Shown here: positions 1 through 13,612 of the stretch, piece after piece
Numbering within the stretch: the stretch's first letter is position 1
Layout of the letters: each line of letters begins with the position of its first letter
Assembly: GCF_009914755.1 (NCBI RefSeq)
Contig: NC_060927.1
Strand: one strand, 5' to 3'
Origin: the human T2T-CHM13v2.0 reference genome, Homo sapiens
DNA length: 64,000 nt
The notes under the pieces: generated by a model
The model's input: the letters and a program-made list of their open reading frames with translations, nothing else
Database searches by the model: none
Told to the model about the DNA's origin: nothing
Program-made: the position numbers and the translations under genes

Positions 1-419
1 TTTATAGAAAACGTAAATTCTGACCTCTAGGATTATTTCCTGACCACAGCCTTCCACTTGTGCCCTTAGAGTTAACAACGGACCTTATTCTTTCAGTATT
101 GGGCCTCATCCCCCCTATTTAGTTATATATGAAGAGCCTGTGCTGGGGCTATTTCCTGGGAGGAAAAACAACAACAACAAAAAATGTGTGCAAACCACTT
201 CTCCACAATGTTTGTCACAAAGTCTCAGCTAAAATGGTTTGGATTGGGTCATGGGTCAAGTGTATGTTGCAATTTTGTAGTCAAACTCCCTGATTTTTTA
301 ATTTCTTACCTCCAAGTTATCACAGCTCATGCCTCTTACTTTTTGCTCCCCTTCATCCAAAGTAGATTTTTATTGCTATGCAGTTAGGATTATATACCTC
401 AGTGATGGTTGGTTAGCTA

Positions 420-565
420 AAAGTTGCATGATACTGTAGAAAAAGTTCAGATTTAGGGCTAGAAAATCTGTCATCTCATCTATAAAATGAAAATAATGGC
501 AACAATAGTAACACCTAACTTACAAGGTAGTTGTAAGGAATCAAAAGGAATTGCTACATAATCGT
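420..565 (+). mobile_element. MIR fragment
   Basis: Core-like 'tctcatctataaaatgaaaataatggcaacaatagtaacacctaacttacaaggtagttgtaagg'; boundaries approximate. Confidence 0.6.
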
Positions 566-869
566 GAAAGCAATTGTTGGTGGTAGAATTCTAAACTCAC
601 TTTAATTTCTGTTCACTTCACTTCCTTCTTTTAAATGGCAACAACTATGATATTCCTGTGATCTCTACCATTTTAGCACCTCCTCATTTCCCATCACACC
701 GTAAAAATATAAAAATGTTGCCCTTTCTCTTTCCAGACAAGTTCCATTACTCCCAACATTGGGTGGTGAAGGTAACTTTTCAGGTCTTTATGTACAGGAT
801 GGTAATGACAAAATCTAGAATTGACATGAGGTACAGGGAGATAAAAATATTGAAGATCATATCTTGTTA

Positions 870-1030
870 TGGAAAGAACATAAGATTTAGAACCAGACAG
901 ACCTGGGTGTGAAGACTGTCTCTACTATGCGCTAGCTTGCTATGTGACCTAAGACTTGCTATGTAACCTCCCTTAACCTGTTTCCTCCCTGGCCACAATG
1001 GAGAATAAGTTCCATTTGTAAAGTAGCACA
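870..1030 (+). mobile_element. MIR fragment
   Basis: 'tttagaaccagacagacctgggtgtgaa...ctatgtgacct...aacctgtttcct' resembles the MIR 5' part and core. Confidence 0.6.
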
Positions 1031-1313
1031 TTGGACAATCATCCCATGGTAGATGCTATTATTCACATTCATGGAGTGTCTCTATAAAAAGTTTGTCAAA
1101 AGCTTTTATTAGCTTTGTCATGTGAGGGGGTATTCCAGCCTGGAGTGTTATAAAGGCAACAGATGGCCTTTTAGAGCTCTCATACTTAATACACGCATTC
1201 CTGAAGAGTCCTAGTCACAGATAATTTCCTCAGGGCCAATGTGAAGTGACAATCCAGCTAACACTTCAGAGTGTGATGTTTCATTTTTGGAGGGCATATA
1301 AACCAGCATTTTC

Positions 1314-1671
<358 letters not shown>

Positions 1672-1797
1672 TCATGTATGGCAAGAATTTGGCAGCAGAG
1701 ATGCTTTTCCTGGAACTCTTCAAATACTTTACTTTGCCCAAGAACAGATAAAAAGGACCTAAATCTATCTAGTTACAGATGACTTACCAGTTACTGA

Positions 1798-2052
<255 letters not shown>

Positions 2053-4479
2053 TAACATTCTTTTATGATGCATTAATAGGTATGAAATTATTCAGAACAA
2101 AAGCACAATTTAGTTTTCTGTTCTTAGAAGAAAACAAAATTTTGTTCACTTGGAGGCATCTCAACTTACAAGGAACTAGGTAAGTTGTTTTGCTTCCATA
2201 TTAGAGTGGAGAAAATTGATGTGAAGTAGAGGTTAGCTAAATAAACTAGATTTTATTAATCTTGTAAAATTAGCCTTCCATTTTAGCCTTCCGGAGTCAA
2301 GTAGCTATCAAAAGCTGAAGTTTGAGGATTCTGTGTGGGTGAGCCTGAATTTAGGGAAGGGCTTCAGCCCTTATGTAAGATGAAAGCTCTCTTTGAGTAA
2401 TCAAGGATAAGCTCAGTCATGGTTCTGAGAAGGTGTGTCAGAGATTGGTGGAAGCCTGAACTTCAGAAAGTATCCAGTTGATGAGGGCTCATACCAGGAC
2501 CATCCTATACTAAGCTCATAGTGCAACTAAGCTCAGATGTTACTTGCTGATTTGGGGTAATGCTCAGAGGATGTTGGCTGTCTTGGTTACAGTTGGACCG
2601 GGAAGGACAGGACACTAAGTATGTATATGTTCAACCTCAGGGACTCCATCTGAGCAGGCAAAGGAGAAGAGCAGCTGTTGAAAATCCTAATGAGGCAATT
2701 AGTGGCAAGACACCTTTTGAGACATTTAAAAAGGAGTTGTATGATCATGAAGTTTGGCTTTAGAGAAGTGATTGTCGTATTTAGGAGCATTTGGACAAGA
2801 TGGGTATTACGACACTGTTCAACTATATTTCATGATTCCATTATCAATATCCATGTTAGCCTGAATCTATTGATGCATTTTATTTGCCTTTACATTTTTC
2901 CCTTTATCCTGAGGACTTTGCCAATTTTTTGAGACAAATCCTTTCCTAAGCATATAGTGGTAGGAGAATCTCCTTCTCCTTTTTTCCCTTTAGAGAAATG
3001 CAAAATGACCTACAAGACTTGGCAAGCACATGGTTTCCAGCACGAGGTAAATTCAAAGAGATTTTGTGAACAGTAAAATTCAGCCAGCTGGGAATGAAGA
3101 ACAATATACTTTAAAGAATGCCCGGAAGTCAAATAGAGAAGGAGGGAAAAATGGAATGGTTTGTTGATCTCTTTGGTACACAGGCTGTGCTCAGAATAGA
3201 TATCATGAGGGCTGTAGGTCTGAGAAGATAAGGCTGCTTTCCTTTTATTGAGCAGTTCTATTGTGAAAGCAAGGTCAAAAATACTAATAAAACAGCAAAA
3301 ACCTGAGTCCAATAGTATAGATTACAAGGGCCTGTTCCTGGATGCTAATTAATGTTATCACAGGAGATGGCTAAAATGAGAATATTACCTACTAGTAAAT
3401 TAACAGGATATGCTGAAACATACCACAAGGGAGGAACTGCCTATGCTAATATCGTATAAAAGAGATTGCTGCTGGCAAGTGGTCCATGGTAAAGAGTTTT
3501 CTACATTATGTATAAACTCGAGGAATTATGACTTAAAGTATGCAATGAATCTTTAATTGGGAGAAATCATTTGTACACGATAAAAGTACGATGGGAAACC
3601 CATGTGTCCTTTTTAATTATCTATAACGAATGCTGATTGTGAGCCATTTGAAAAGAATATGTTGCACTAAATCACTATGCCATAATCAAGTTAGCTCAGC
3701 AACGTATGCACATACATTTGTTATAGAAGTCAACAGGTTATTTCTATTCTCAGTCATCTTTGACTGCGGTCTAATTGTTAGCTGGAGTTACATGGAAATT
3801 AAACTAGGTTGATTCTTTCCTGGAAGCCAATAAAATCACTCTATCTCAATGATTTCACAAGTGAGATCTAACTTATTTTTAATTGTGAATTGAAGTTTTC
3901 TTAGATTTTTCTCAATAGTAGAGAGAGAAGGTCTTGATAAGACAGAGAAAGTGAAAAAATACCCCCCAGATTGTGGAAAAAGAGTTAAAAAAATATATAT
4001 ATGCATATATATATATGTATATATATAAAGGTTGATACAGCAGTTCCTAGATTGTGTCTCAGACCTGAAGCACTAAAGTAGATTGAAGTAAATTTACTGA
4101 TATCTTTCAATGGTCATAACCTATAGGACCCATGGAATAGTAATTTTAAAAAGAAGGTAATAAGCATGTACCTTTCCATCATCTTCTCATTCTCTCAGAT
4201 TCCAAATCTGTGAGGCAATATTTTTCCTAGTTTTTTCCTCTGTTTTGTTTTTGTACCTTATGTGACAAACTGGTCTACCAGATTCTATATATTCTTTTGT
4301 TGTTGTTTAAATGTTCTCTCTTCATTCCTTCTGTCATTATCCTTGATCGTGTAGTTTTTATCAGTCATTAAACCTCTCTCTTGACAATTTTGGTCAGCAG
4401 CTGCCATTCTTGATCTTAACCGAACTTCTTTATAGCATTCCTATTGATCATTCTCACCCGACCTTATGACTTCTATACC

Positions 4480-5625
4480 TACAAGCTCCTACTTTTCCTC
4501 TCATTTTTTCCCCAACTCTTGACTTCCTATATAGGAACATCTATATTTTTTTGCCTACTTTAAAAATATTGGATTTCTTTATGAATCTCAGTCTCTCCCT
4601 CTTCTATAGCTACACAGTTTTCCTGATTAGGAAGTAAGCTCCCAAAATCCTATGATTTATCTTCAGTTATCTGAAGGAGATTGATATTTCCTAAATCATT
4701 ATCTCTAGATCAAATTCATTTTCTGACCTTAATACTGGCTTACAATTAGGTTAGCTTGGTCAGTCCGCAGACATCTCAAACTCCACTTGTCTAAAACAAA
4801 ACACATCATCTTGTCTCCATTTTGCGTAGTCTCAGTTCCAGAGCTGAGTGGCTCCATGCTCTACACAGTTCCCCAGAACCCAAATCTCAAAGTCATGTAT
4901 AAGCCCTTCCTCCTGTTACCTTGAACATCCAATTATTTTGCATTCTTTTGATTTTGCACTTCCTAAATATGTCTTGAATTCTTCCATTTCTCCCCTTCTC
5001 CCTAAAATACCATATCTCACCTAGATTCTAATAAGTAGAACAGCCTCCTATTTATTATGCTCCAAACTTGACCGAACTCAAAGTATTCACACTGCAGTGA
5101 TCTTCCTTAAATACAATTTTAGAATATGTCATTGCCCTGCTTAAAATCTTTCAGTGGATCCCCAACACCTTTAAGTTCACTAACATTGATTGCAATCCCT
5201 TCGTTTTCTGTCTTTTTTATATTCCATAGTGTATTCTTTTGCTTCTTTCTTTCCCTAAAATACACTCACCCTGAATGTCTTAAAATGTTCCAAACATTTG
5301 ATATCTGTTCCATTGTGCATACTCCTTCCTGTGCCTAGAACACTCTACCCTGTTTCTCCTTTCCTTTCTCGCCACTCTTTGCCTGATTAATTCCTGGTCT
5401 TCTGTTCTCAGCTCTTGTGTTATCCTTCTAATCTCGATGACTTAATATTTCCTCTATGTGAACCCTGTGATTATTCACTGTATGCTATATTATAATTTTC
5501 CGCTCATTGATATATCTCCTCTAATAGATTTTAAAGTTACTGAGACCAGGGAATGTGCCTTTCCGCTTTTTCTTCAGTGTCTAGATTAGTTATCAGTAAA
5601 TATTTATTAAATGAGTAAATAAAAG
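4480..5625 (+). mobile_element. L2 3' portion, degraded
   Basis: 'acatctcaaactccacttgtctaaaac', 'cctgcttaaaatctttcagtggatccc', terminal 'aaatatttattaaatgagtaaat'. Confidence 0.7.
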
Positions 5626-5904
5626 CAGAGTCCAAAGTATCTCAGTTTCCAAATTCCATGCATACTACTGTACTAGAATTTCACCTACCATATCGACTCA
5701 TCCACACTTTCAACTGAAATTTAGAGTTTATTTGCAATATGACTCTACCTCCCAAATCCTACTGACTCCCCACCACTTCCTCACTTGACATAAAAAGTAT
5801 TGAAGTAGCTAATCTGCCATAATAACTAAGAACATGAACTCTTTAAGTTGTCAGGTTTCTTATTATTTTTTAATGTTGCTATTGGCATAATACCCTCTAT
5901 TAAA

Positions 5905-8900
5905 AATATTTTATTGTGATACATATAATACATAAGATTATGAATAATATATAGGTACATAATAAAGCAAAATCCAATGTATCAACTACTTTGCTTAAAA
6001 AATAGAATATTAGCAACATCTTTCAAGACATTGTGGGCCTCTCCCAGATTATAATTCACTTCTTCCCTCCTTAAATATAACCGCTGACCTGAATGTAATA
6101 TTTATTGTTCTCTTGCTATACTTTAAGTTTTAAATATTTAAGCATGAATCTTAAGCAATACATTCTTTAGTATTTTATCTTTGGCCTTTTTAGGAATAAA
6201 AACATTAAGTGTATTTCTTTGTTCTTTTTTTCTTCACTGTTATGTTTCTGAAATTCACCCATACAGTAGTTATGTTTCATTTATTTTCATTGCCATATAA
6301 TTCAATTTAAATATATGTATGTATTAATATATTCTTTATTATTGAATTGAGGATGTTTGTTTTTAGGCCCATGAAGGAGATTGTTCTAATTTTCCTTTCT
6401 TACAATTTTATTTTCTTGTTTTGGTGTGTGTTATGTTCACCTTATAAAGTGAGTTGGAGAATATTTCTATTTTCTCTTTCTGCCTTGAAGAAAGAAATTT
6501 TCTGTTCCTCAAATGTTTCGTTGAGTTTATCTCTAAAACCATGTAAGTCTGGAAGTCTCATTTGGGATAGTTTTCTACTGAAGATTCAATTATTTTATGA
6601 TTACAGGACTAATTTAGATTCTTTATTATATCTTGAGTTCGTTTTTGTAATCTCTTACAAGTTTAATATTTAGTATTTTTACTATGCTTTAGTGCCAAAT
6701 ATTTTTATTTATAAAGCTATTTATTCTTTGACATTAGATTCTATTATTTAAAAGTTTTGTTTTTAATTTACAAATGCACAGGCCTTAAGAATCAACTTTG
6801 TTAACTTTATTCAGAATGTTTTACTTTGCAGTCAGAGAATATAGTCATTTATGATATCTTTTGTTTTAATTTAAGATTTACTTTGTGGTTAGGTATATGT
6901 ATGAAATATGACTTATTTTAATCAATGATGCATCAATGGTTAAACCTTCTGTTGTGTACATTATTAATGTCAACCTTGTTCATTTTGTTATTTAATTTAA
7001 ATTAACTTTTTCTTGTATTTGTGCCAGTTATTTCTTCGTATATTTTGACTGCGTTATTATGCTCATACATATATAGAATTTTTTTTACCAAAAAATTAAA
7101 CCTCTTATTAATGTATGTCTTCTTTACCTCTAGTAATTTTTGCTTTCATTTCTATTTTCTTTCATGGCAGTTGAGCAAAAATAAGACATTTTCTTGTTAT
7201 TAGCTCAGCATGTTTCTTTTGTTATTTTAATATCGACCTCGGTTCGTAGGGGTTTTAGAACCCTTCTGGGTTCTAAACTATAGATAATTTTTTAAAATCA
7301 CAGACTGAAAATATTTGTATTTTAACTGGAGATATTAGATCATTTTGTTTTTATTTTGATTACAAATTTTAAAAAAATCTAAACTATTGTTTGTGCTTTT
7401 CATTTATTCTTTTTATTCTCTTGTATTTTAAGATTGAATGAGTTTTGTTTTAACAGTAGTCATAATTATTATTTAATATCTTTTCTATACAGTTTATACA
7501 TTAGTGGTCACAGTAGAAATTTTAACATGCAGTTTTTTTAAATCATTACCCTCTTCTCTTCCTCTGCCCTCAAGTAGGCCCTGTGTCTGTTGTTCCCTTC
7601 TTTGTGTCCATATGTACTCATTGTTTAGGTCCCACTTACAAATGAGAACATGTGTATTTGGTTTTCTGTTCCTGTGTTAGTTTGCTAAGGATAATGACCT
7701 CCAGCTCCATCTATGTTCCTGCAAAGGATATGATCTCATTTTTTTATGACTGCATAGTATTCCACGGTGTATATGTACCACATTTTCTTTATCCAGTCTA
7801 TCCTTAATGGACATTTAGGATGTTTCCGTGTCTCTGCTATTATGAATAGTGTTGTGATAAACATATGCATGCATGTGTCTTTTGGTAGAATGATTTATAC
7901 ACTTTTGGATGTATACCCAATAATGGAATTGCTGGATTGAATGGTAATTCTGCTTTGAGTTCTCTGAGAAATTGGCAAACTGCTTTCCACAATGGCTGAA
8001 CTAATTTACATTCCCACTAGTGGTGTATAAGCATTCCCTTTTATCTGCAACTTATCAGGTACTGTATTTATTACCTGGGTGATGAAATAATCTGTACACC
8101 AAACCCCTGTGACATACAATTTACCTATATAACAAACTTGCACGTGTATCCTTAACCTAAAATAAAAGTTAAAAAAATAAATATTAACATGCACATTTCA
8201 CATACAAAAGGTGGACCTTTGAGGTGATTCTCTCTCTGAGGTACATCCTTTATCATTTCTTTAAGGAAGGATCTATTTGTGAAAAGCTTACTCGATGATT
8301 TTCATCTCTGTTTTAAACTGTCTTCATTTTATCTTTTTTCTCAAAAAATATATATTGAAGGGTATATAGCTCTAGATTTTACATTGAGGATATTATTCTG
8401 CTGTTTTTTTTAAACATCTAGTATGTTGTCTGTGGCCAAATTGCCAGTTATTTGTTTACTGTTCTATCATTTTGCTTGCATTTAATGTATTTTATTTCCT
8501 TAGGATTCTGTAGTTCTCTTATGGTGTAAATACTTGTGGATTTTTTTTTTAATTTATACTGTTTGACAGTCTCTGTGGTTTCTTAATCTGAATATTTGTG
8601 ACTTTCATCCATTAAGAAAAATCTCTCTTCATTCATCTCCTCAAATATTTTCCATCTCTTCTGTCTCTATATATTTAGACATATGGCATACTTAACCACT
8701 CTATCCTCCTTATCTCCCAGCTTCTCTTGTTTCCATCATTTTGCTTTCTGTAATATTCTTTTAACATGTTTATTTCTATCTTTCAGTGCACTAGTAACCT
8801 GTTAATTTGTGTTTAATTTACTCTTTATCCAATTCGTTGAATTTTTACACTCTCTTTTAAGAAATCTGCTTGTTTCTTTTTCAAATTAAAGTACTTGTGT

Positions 8901-9570
8901 TTGATTGCTTGTATGTCTTTAAATTCCTTTTTATAATGTTTCTTTTTAAAATAATATAATATAAACATATTTACTGTTTTATATCTGATAACTTTGAGTC
9001 TATAGTTTGTGTGGTCTAATTCATTTATTTGGGTATTAATTTTTCATTGCAAGATTTTTTTCTTCATGTTATCAGTATAATTATTTTGAGGGCTGGTCAA
9101 AGTATGGTCCTCCAGAGAAAGTTATCCTTTATTTCTGCCAGGTTCCTAGAGGCACTACCACTGAGAATCGCTCCAACTTAAATTTATTTCCTTCTTTGGA
9201 TAGCCTGAGTAACCCAAGTTGTATGCATACTGGCCTTTCACCAGCACGTAGCTAGAAATTTTCAGGAAAAGTTTTCTTTTGGCCAAAAGCTAAAGTAAGC
9301 AAGTATTCCCACTTCTTTCTCTTTCTTCAAAACAGTCTGCCTCACCCTGAAGATGCTGAGGTTATCACTTTTTGGGAGTCCTGGTTTTATGTATTTATGT
9401 GGGTGTATTTGATTTAAGCTTCCATTATATTCAGGACCCCCAAATTTGACTTTGACTCCTAGTATATAAGTGACCTTAGATTGGCACATGCCTCCAGGGA
9501 AAATGCCAGATTCAGTGGTAGCTTGCTTCTATGGATATTCTCTTTCTTGAACTTTTTAATAAGCCATGCA
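5905..9570 (-). mobile_element. Ancient L1M/HAL1-like LINE remnants (interrupted by L1PA at 7532-8178)
   Basis: Long T-rich tract with degraded antisense L1 motifs; boundaries and subfamily uncertain. Confidence 0.55.
7532..8178 (+). mobile_element. Old L1PA (L1PA15/16-like) 3' fragment with 5' inversion
   Basis: Antisense L1 ORF2 end/3'UTR at 7532-~8050 joined to a sense 3' terminus and A tail at ~8051-8178; TSD aaat(t/a)ttaacatgca at 7517-7531 and 8179-8193. Confidence 0.88.
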
Positions 9571-10793
9571 ACTTTGGTTATGCAATCAATTCATTTAAAA
9601 CCTCTAAGTCTGGTGACTCTTTGCCTTTTAATGAAGGAGAGTTACAGTAGGTGACCTTCTATTTTATGGCATTGCTCAAATATTTTTTCACTTACTTTAT
9701 GTATGATTTTCAACAACCTTCAAACTATATATTTTAGGTGTGGGTTAGTTGGTGATCTTAATGGTAAAAAGAGGAAGTCGGCATACCACACTTTGTGAAG
9801 AGTTCTCTGGGGACTTCACTGAAGGGGCTGGCCCCATGGAAGAGAGTTCCAATGCTTCTTCCTGAAATGAAGTTTACTTGCAACTCTGTCATCTATAAAC
9901 AAATTCCGTATGCTGATGATAGCTAATGTGTTGCTTCTCCCAGAAAACATCTTGCATATTAAAAAAGTTACTTTAAGATAATCATTCAAAGAAGAGACTT
10001 AAAATGTAAAACTGCCAGGTAGTCCTGCAAAACTTTTATGCAGAGAAAATTTATTTTATGTCACTCAAATTAAGATTACGAGGTAAAGCCAGTTCATAGA
10101 TATCAGTATTGAGGTAGAGATGCCAATATGCTTTCATCTGTGGCCAATAGACTTTGACCTAGTTTTTCTAGAACAGGTGTAGGCAGCTTTATTCATTCAG
10201 CTATCTCCAGGAATTAGTGACCATAGTTAATAGGATCATCAAAAATAAACCGCGGTATTGGCACATAAAAGAAAACTTAAAATAAATTGAACTAAAGAAT
10301 TACCATTATAATCATTTCATTATTCTTTCTTTATAGACCTTGAGTAAATGAAAATGCTTCTTTTGCTCCATAAAGATAAGCAATTTCACTCCCCAACCTG
10401 AATAGGATGACACTGATGAACAGCTGTGAATGAATCAAGTGCAGGGTAAATATACAAGGCAGCAAATGATTTTTAAGCTCAACAGCCCATGAACAGTAAC
10501 TGTAATTAAACTCAATAAAGAACAAGAAAAGAGAAAAGATGTAGGGTGAAAAAAAATAACAACAGCAAAATAGCCTGTAAAGATTGAAGGAAACCAGCAG
10601 AGCACCAGAGAATTGCTGAAGCCACTTTGCTTTGTGTTCATCATAACTGATCATTTTGTGTCAAATATCCTTTTCTTTCCCCAAGGAATAGAAAGGCTAA
10701 ATTCATGGTCAATACGTCCTTGGATATATTTACTGGATTTTGGAGTGTATAACAAATGACTAGGAGAAATAAAGCACACTCAAATTTTTTTCC

Positions 10794-10837
10794 TCTCTCC
10801 CTCTCTCCCTCCCTCTCTCTCTCTCTTTCTCTCTCTC
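10794..10837. repeat. (CT)n-rich microsatellite
   Basis: Direct inspection. Confidence 0.9.
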
Positions 10838-11232
10838 GGTATCATTTTAACAGGCAATTTTCTGCAGTTCATGGAAACACAGGATCTGAAAATGTCTTGA
10901 CTAGGATGGTTTATAATTTCCTATGTTTGTTCCTAGCTTCTGTGTATTCAACCCATTTGACTCGGACATTATTTATCTATTGTTTTTCTCGCTGGTCTCA
11001 TTTTTTGTCTTCTTGTCATTCTTTGTGGGATGGGCCTGATAGTTCACTGATGCTCTTATAAAACCTGACCGTTGTATTTTCTAGATGCAACATTTAGAGC
11101 ATATTGAGAAATCGCAAGAAATATATACACACAGCAGTGTGATTTGTTCCATAAGAGGGCAAGGAACTAGAAGGTTATCATGCCAATTTAAGTAGTCACG
11201 TCTGTCTTATTAATAGGAAAGAAAAATAATCC

Positions 11233-11500
11233 TTTTTTTTTTTTTTTTTGAGACGGTGTCTCATTCTGTCACCCAGGCTGGAGTGCAGTGGCACCATCTT
11301 GGCTCACTGCAACCTCTGCTTCCCAGGTTCAAGCTATTCTCCTGCCTCAGCCCCCAAGTAGCTGGGATTACAGGCGCATTCCACAAGGCTCATCTAATTT
11401 TTGTATTTTCAGTAGAGACAGGGTTTCGCCATGTTGGCCAGGCTAGTCTCAAACTCATGACCTCAGGTGATCCACCTGCCTCGGCCTCCCAAAGTGCTGG
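11233..11500 (-). mobile_element. AluS (Sx/Sz-like), slightly 5'-truncated
   Basis: Poly(T) then reverse Alu with 'gacctcaggtgatccacctgcctcggcctcccaaagtgctgg'; flanked by aaaa(ata)atcctt-like TSD. Confidence 0.95.
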
Positions 11501-12657
11501 AAAAATCCTTTCATGTTTCTGATTTCTCCCTCAAAAAGCATCTTTCCCAATGTAAACTTGATCAATTTCAGGAAGCTATAATAGTCCAGTTGCAACTAAT
11601 GAAGGATGTTAGAAAGATGTGAACAAAAATCAAATCAATGCAATGCAAGGGGTGATGACCCTATTTTGTTCATAAGCAATGGGAAATAAAACCTACTTCT
11701 CTCTTTTGTGAAGTGAATCAAATAAATTGAATAAAGCCATTTTGAATTAACCAATGATAATCTCTTTCTGATGTGGCCATGACATTAACAGAAATGATAA
11801 AAAAAAAAAAAAGGGATTCAATCCAAATTGAAAACTGCTTGAACCAATGAGTATTTTGTTGTCACTGAATTTTCTGCTTGGCGAGAGGATGGCACTCAAC
11901 TTTGCAGTATACTAAGTAATCACCATAGATATTTGTGAAGGTTTTGTCATAATTTTGGAGACATGATGCAACAAAAAGGGTCAGGGTTCTTAGAACCCAT
12001 GGCTCTAGATTCAAATTCCCATGGAATCTATATAACTCTAGCCATTGTCATTTACAATAGCTGAGATTTCTGTTGCAAAAATAAAGATAATAGTAACTAG
12101 GATAATTCTGAAAGAGGGTGCAAGATCATATATATATATATATATATAAAATCATACATAGACTATGCAAGATTATATGGAGTTTATATATAGCATATTA
12201 TACATATAGCACATATCAGGAACTCAATAAGTGGTAAAACCAAGCCTTACTCCCTTTTCCTACTTGCAGGCTAACAATAAAAGCTAATGTTAATTAAATA
12301 CATCTTATATGCCAAATAATTCACCTTTATTTCACGTATTGCTCAGCATAGTTATTATAATCATTTTAAATATTATACTACTTTGCTTTGAATTTCTTAT
12401 GCTGCATTCACTTTTGCTATAAAGTAGCTTGTCCACAGATGCACTGCTATGAAGTGCCAGAGGAATTAGAACTCAGATTTGTCTGATTTTAGGACCCATG
12501 TTCTTAACCACACTAAAACTTCTCTGCTTCTCTAACATACTGAAAAGAGACAGAAGGTTTGCTTCAGCAAAATCACTCTTTTCATTACTACACAAGGTGC
12601 TTACCTGATTCCTGGACTCCATGGATGACCTCCTGGCTCTAAGCAAATCTACTGCTC

Positions 12658-13612
12658 TGTATTAGTTTTTTATTATTGTCTAACAACTTACCACAAAACT
12701 GCATGCCTTAAAATAACACATATTTACCATTTCACAGATTCTGTCCTCCAAGAATCTTGGCCTGGCTTATTTGTGTCCTTGGCTTTATAATTTTTCAGAA
12801 TCCCAAAATCAAGGCATTGGCTCAGGGTCTGCAGTCTCATCTGAAGACTCAACTGGGAAAGAATCTGTTTCCAAGCTTACTTATTGCTTGTTGGCAGCAT
12901 TAAGTTCCTAGTTAGCTAATGGACTGAGGGCCTCAGATCCTCATTAGCTGTTGGTGAGAAGCTACTGTTATGAACTGAATTGTGTCCCCTTACATTTATA
13001 TGTTGAAGGCCTAACCCTCAAGGTAACTGTATTTGAAATAGGGCCTTTAAGGAAGTAATTAAGGTTAAATGAGATAATAAAGGTAGAAATCTAATCAAAT
13101 AGGACTGGAGTTCTTAAAAGGAGGGGAAGGCCAGAGATATATTTCTCTCCATGTGCACACCAATGAGAGGCTATATAAGGGCAAAGGCCATATGCCCATC
13201 TGCAACCCAAGGAGAGAGGCTTCACCAGAAACCAACTCTACAGACACCTTGATCTTGGACTTCTGGTTTCCAGACCTGTAAGAAAATAAATTTCTGTTAT
13301 TTAATCTACCCAGTCTGTGGTATTCTGTTATGGCAGCCTGAGAAGACTAACACAGCTTCCCTTAGCTTTCTGCCATGTAGACCTCTCCAACATGGCAGTT
13401 GGCTTCATTAAAGCATGCCAGCTGAGAAAGCAATAGTGAATCTGTTAGCAAGACAGAAGTCATAATATTGGAAACCAATAACAGAAGTGACATCTCCTCC
13501 AGGTTATCTCATTCTGTTGGTTAAAAGCAAGTTAATCAAAAGGAGATTTCACAAGCCTGGGAATACCAGGAGGTAAAGATCATTTGGGCCACCTTAGAAG
13601 CTGCCTACCACA
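12658..13612 (-). mobile_element. MaLR LTR (MLT1E/F-like), split by nested MLT1A
   Basis: Begins tgtattagttt, ends 'ctgcctaccaca'; typical MLT1 internal motifs. Confidence 0.75.
12966..13354 (+). mobile_element. MLT1A/MLT1A0-like solo LTR nested in an older MLT1
   Basis: 'tgttatgaactgaattgtgtcccc...gactaacaca'; 5-bp TSD gctac / gcttc. Confidence 0.85.
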
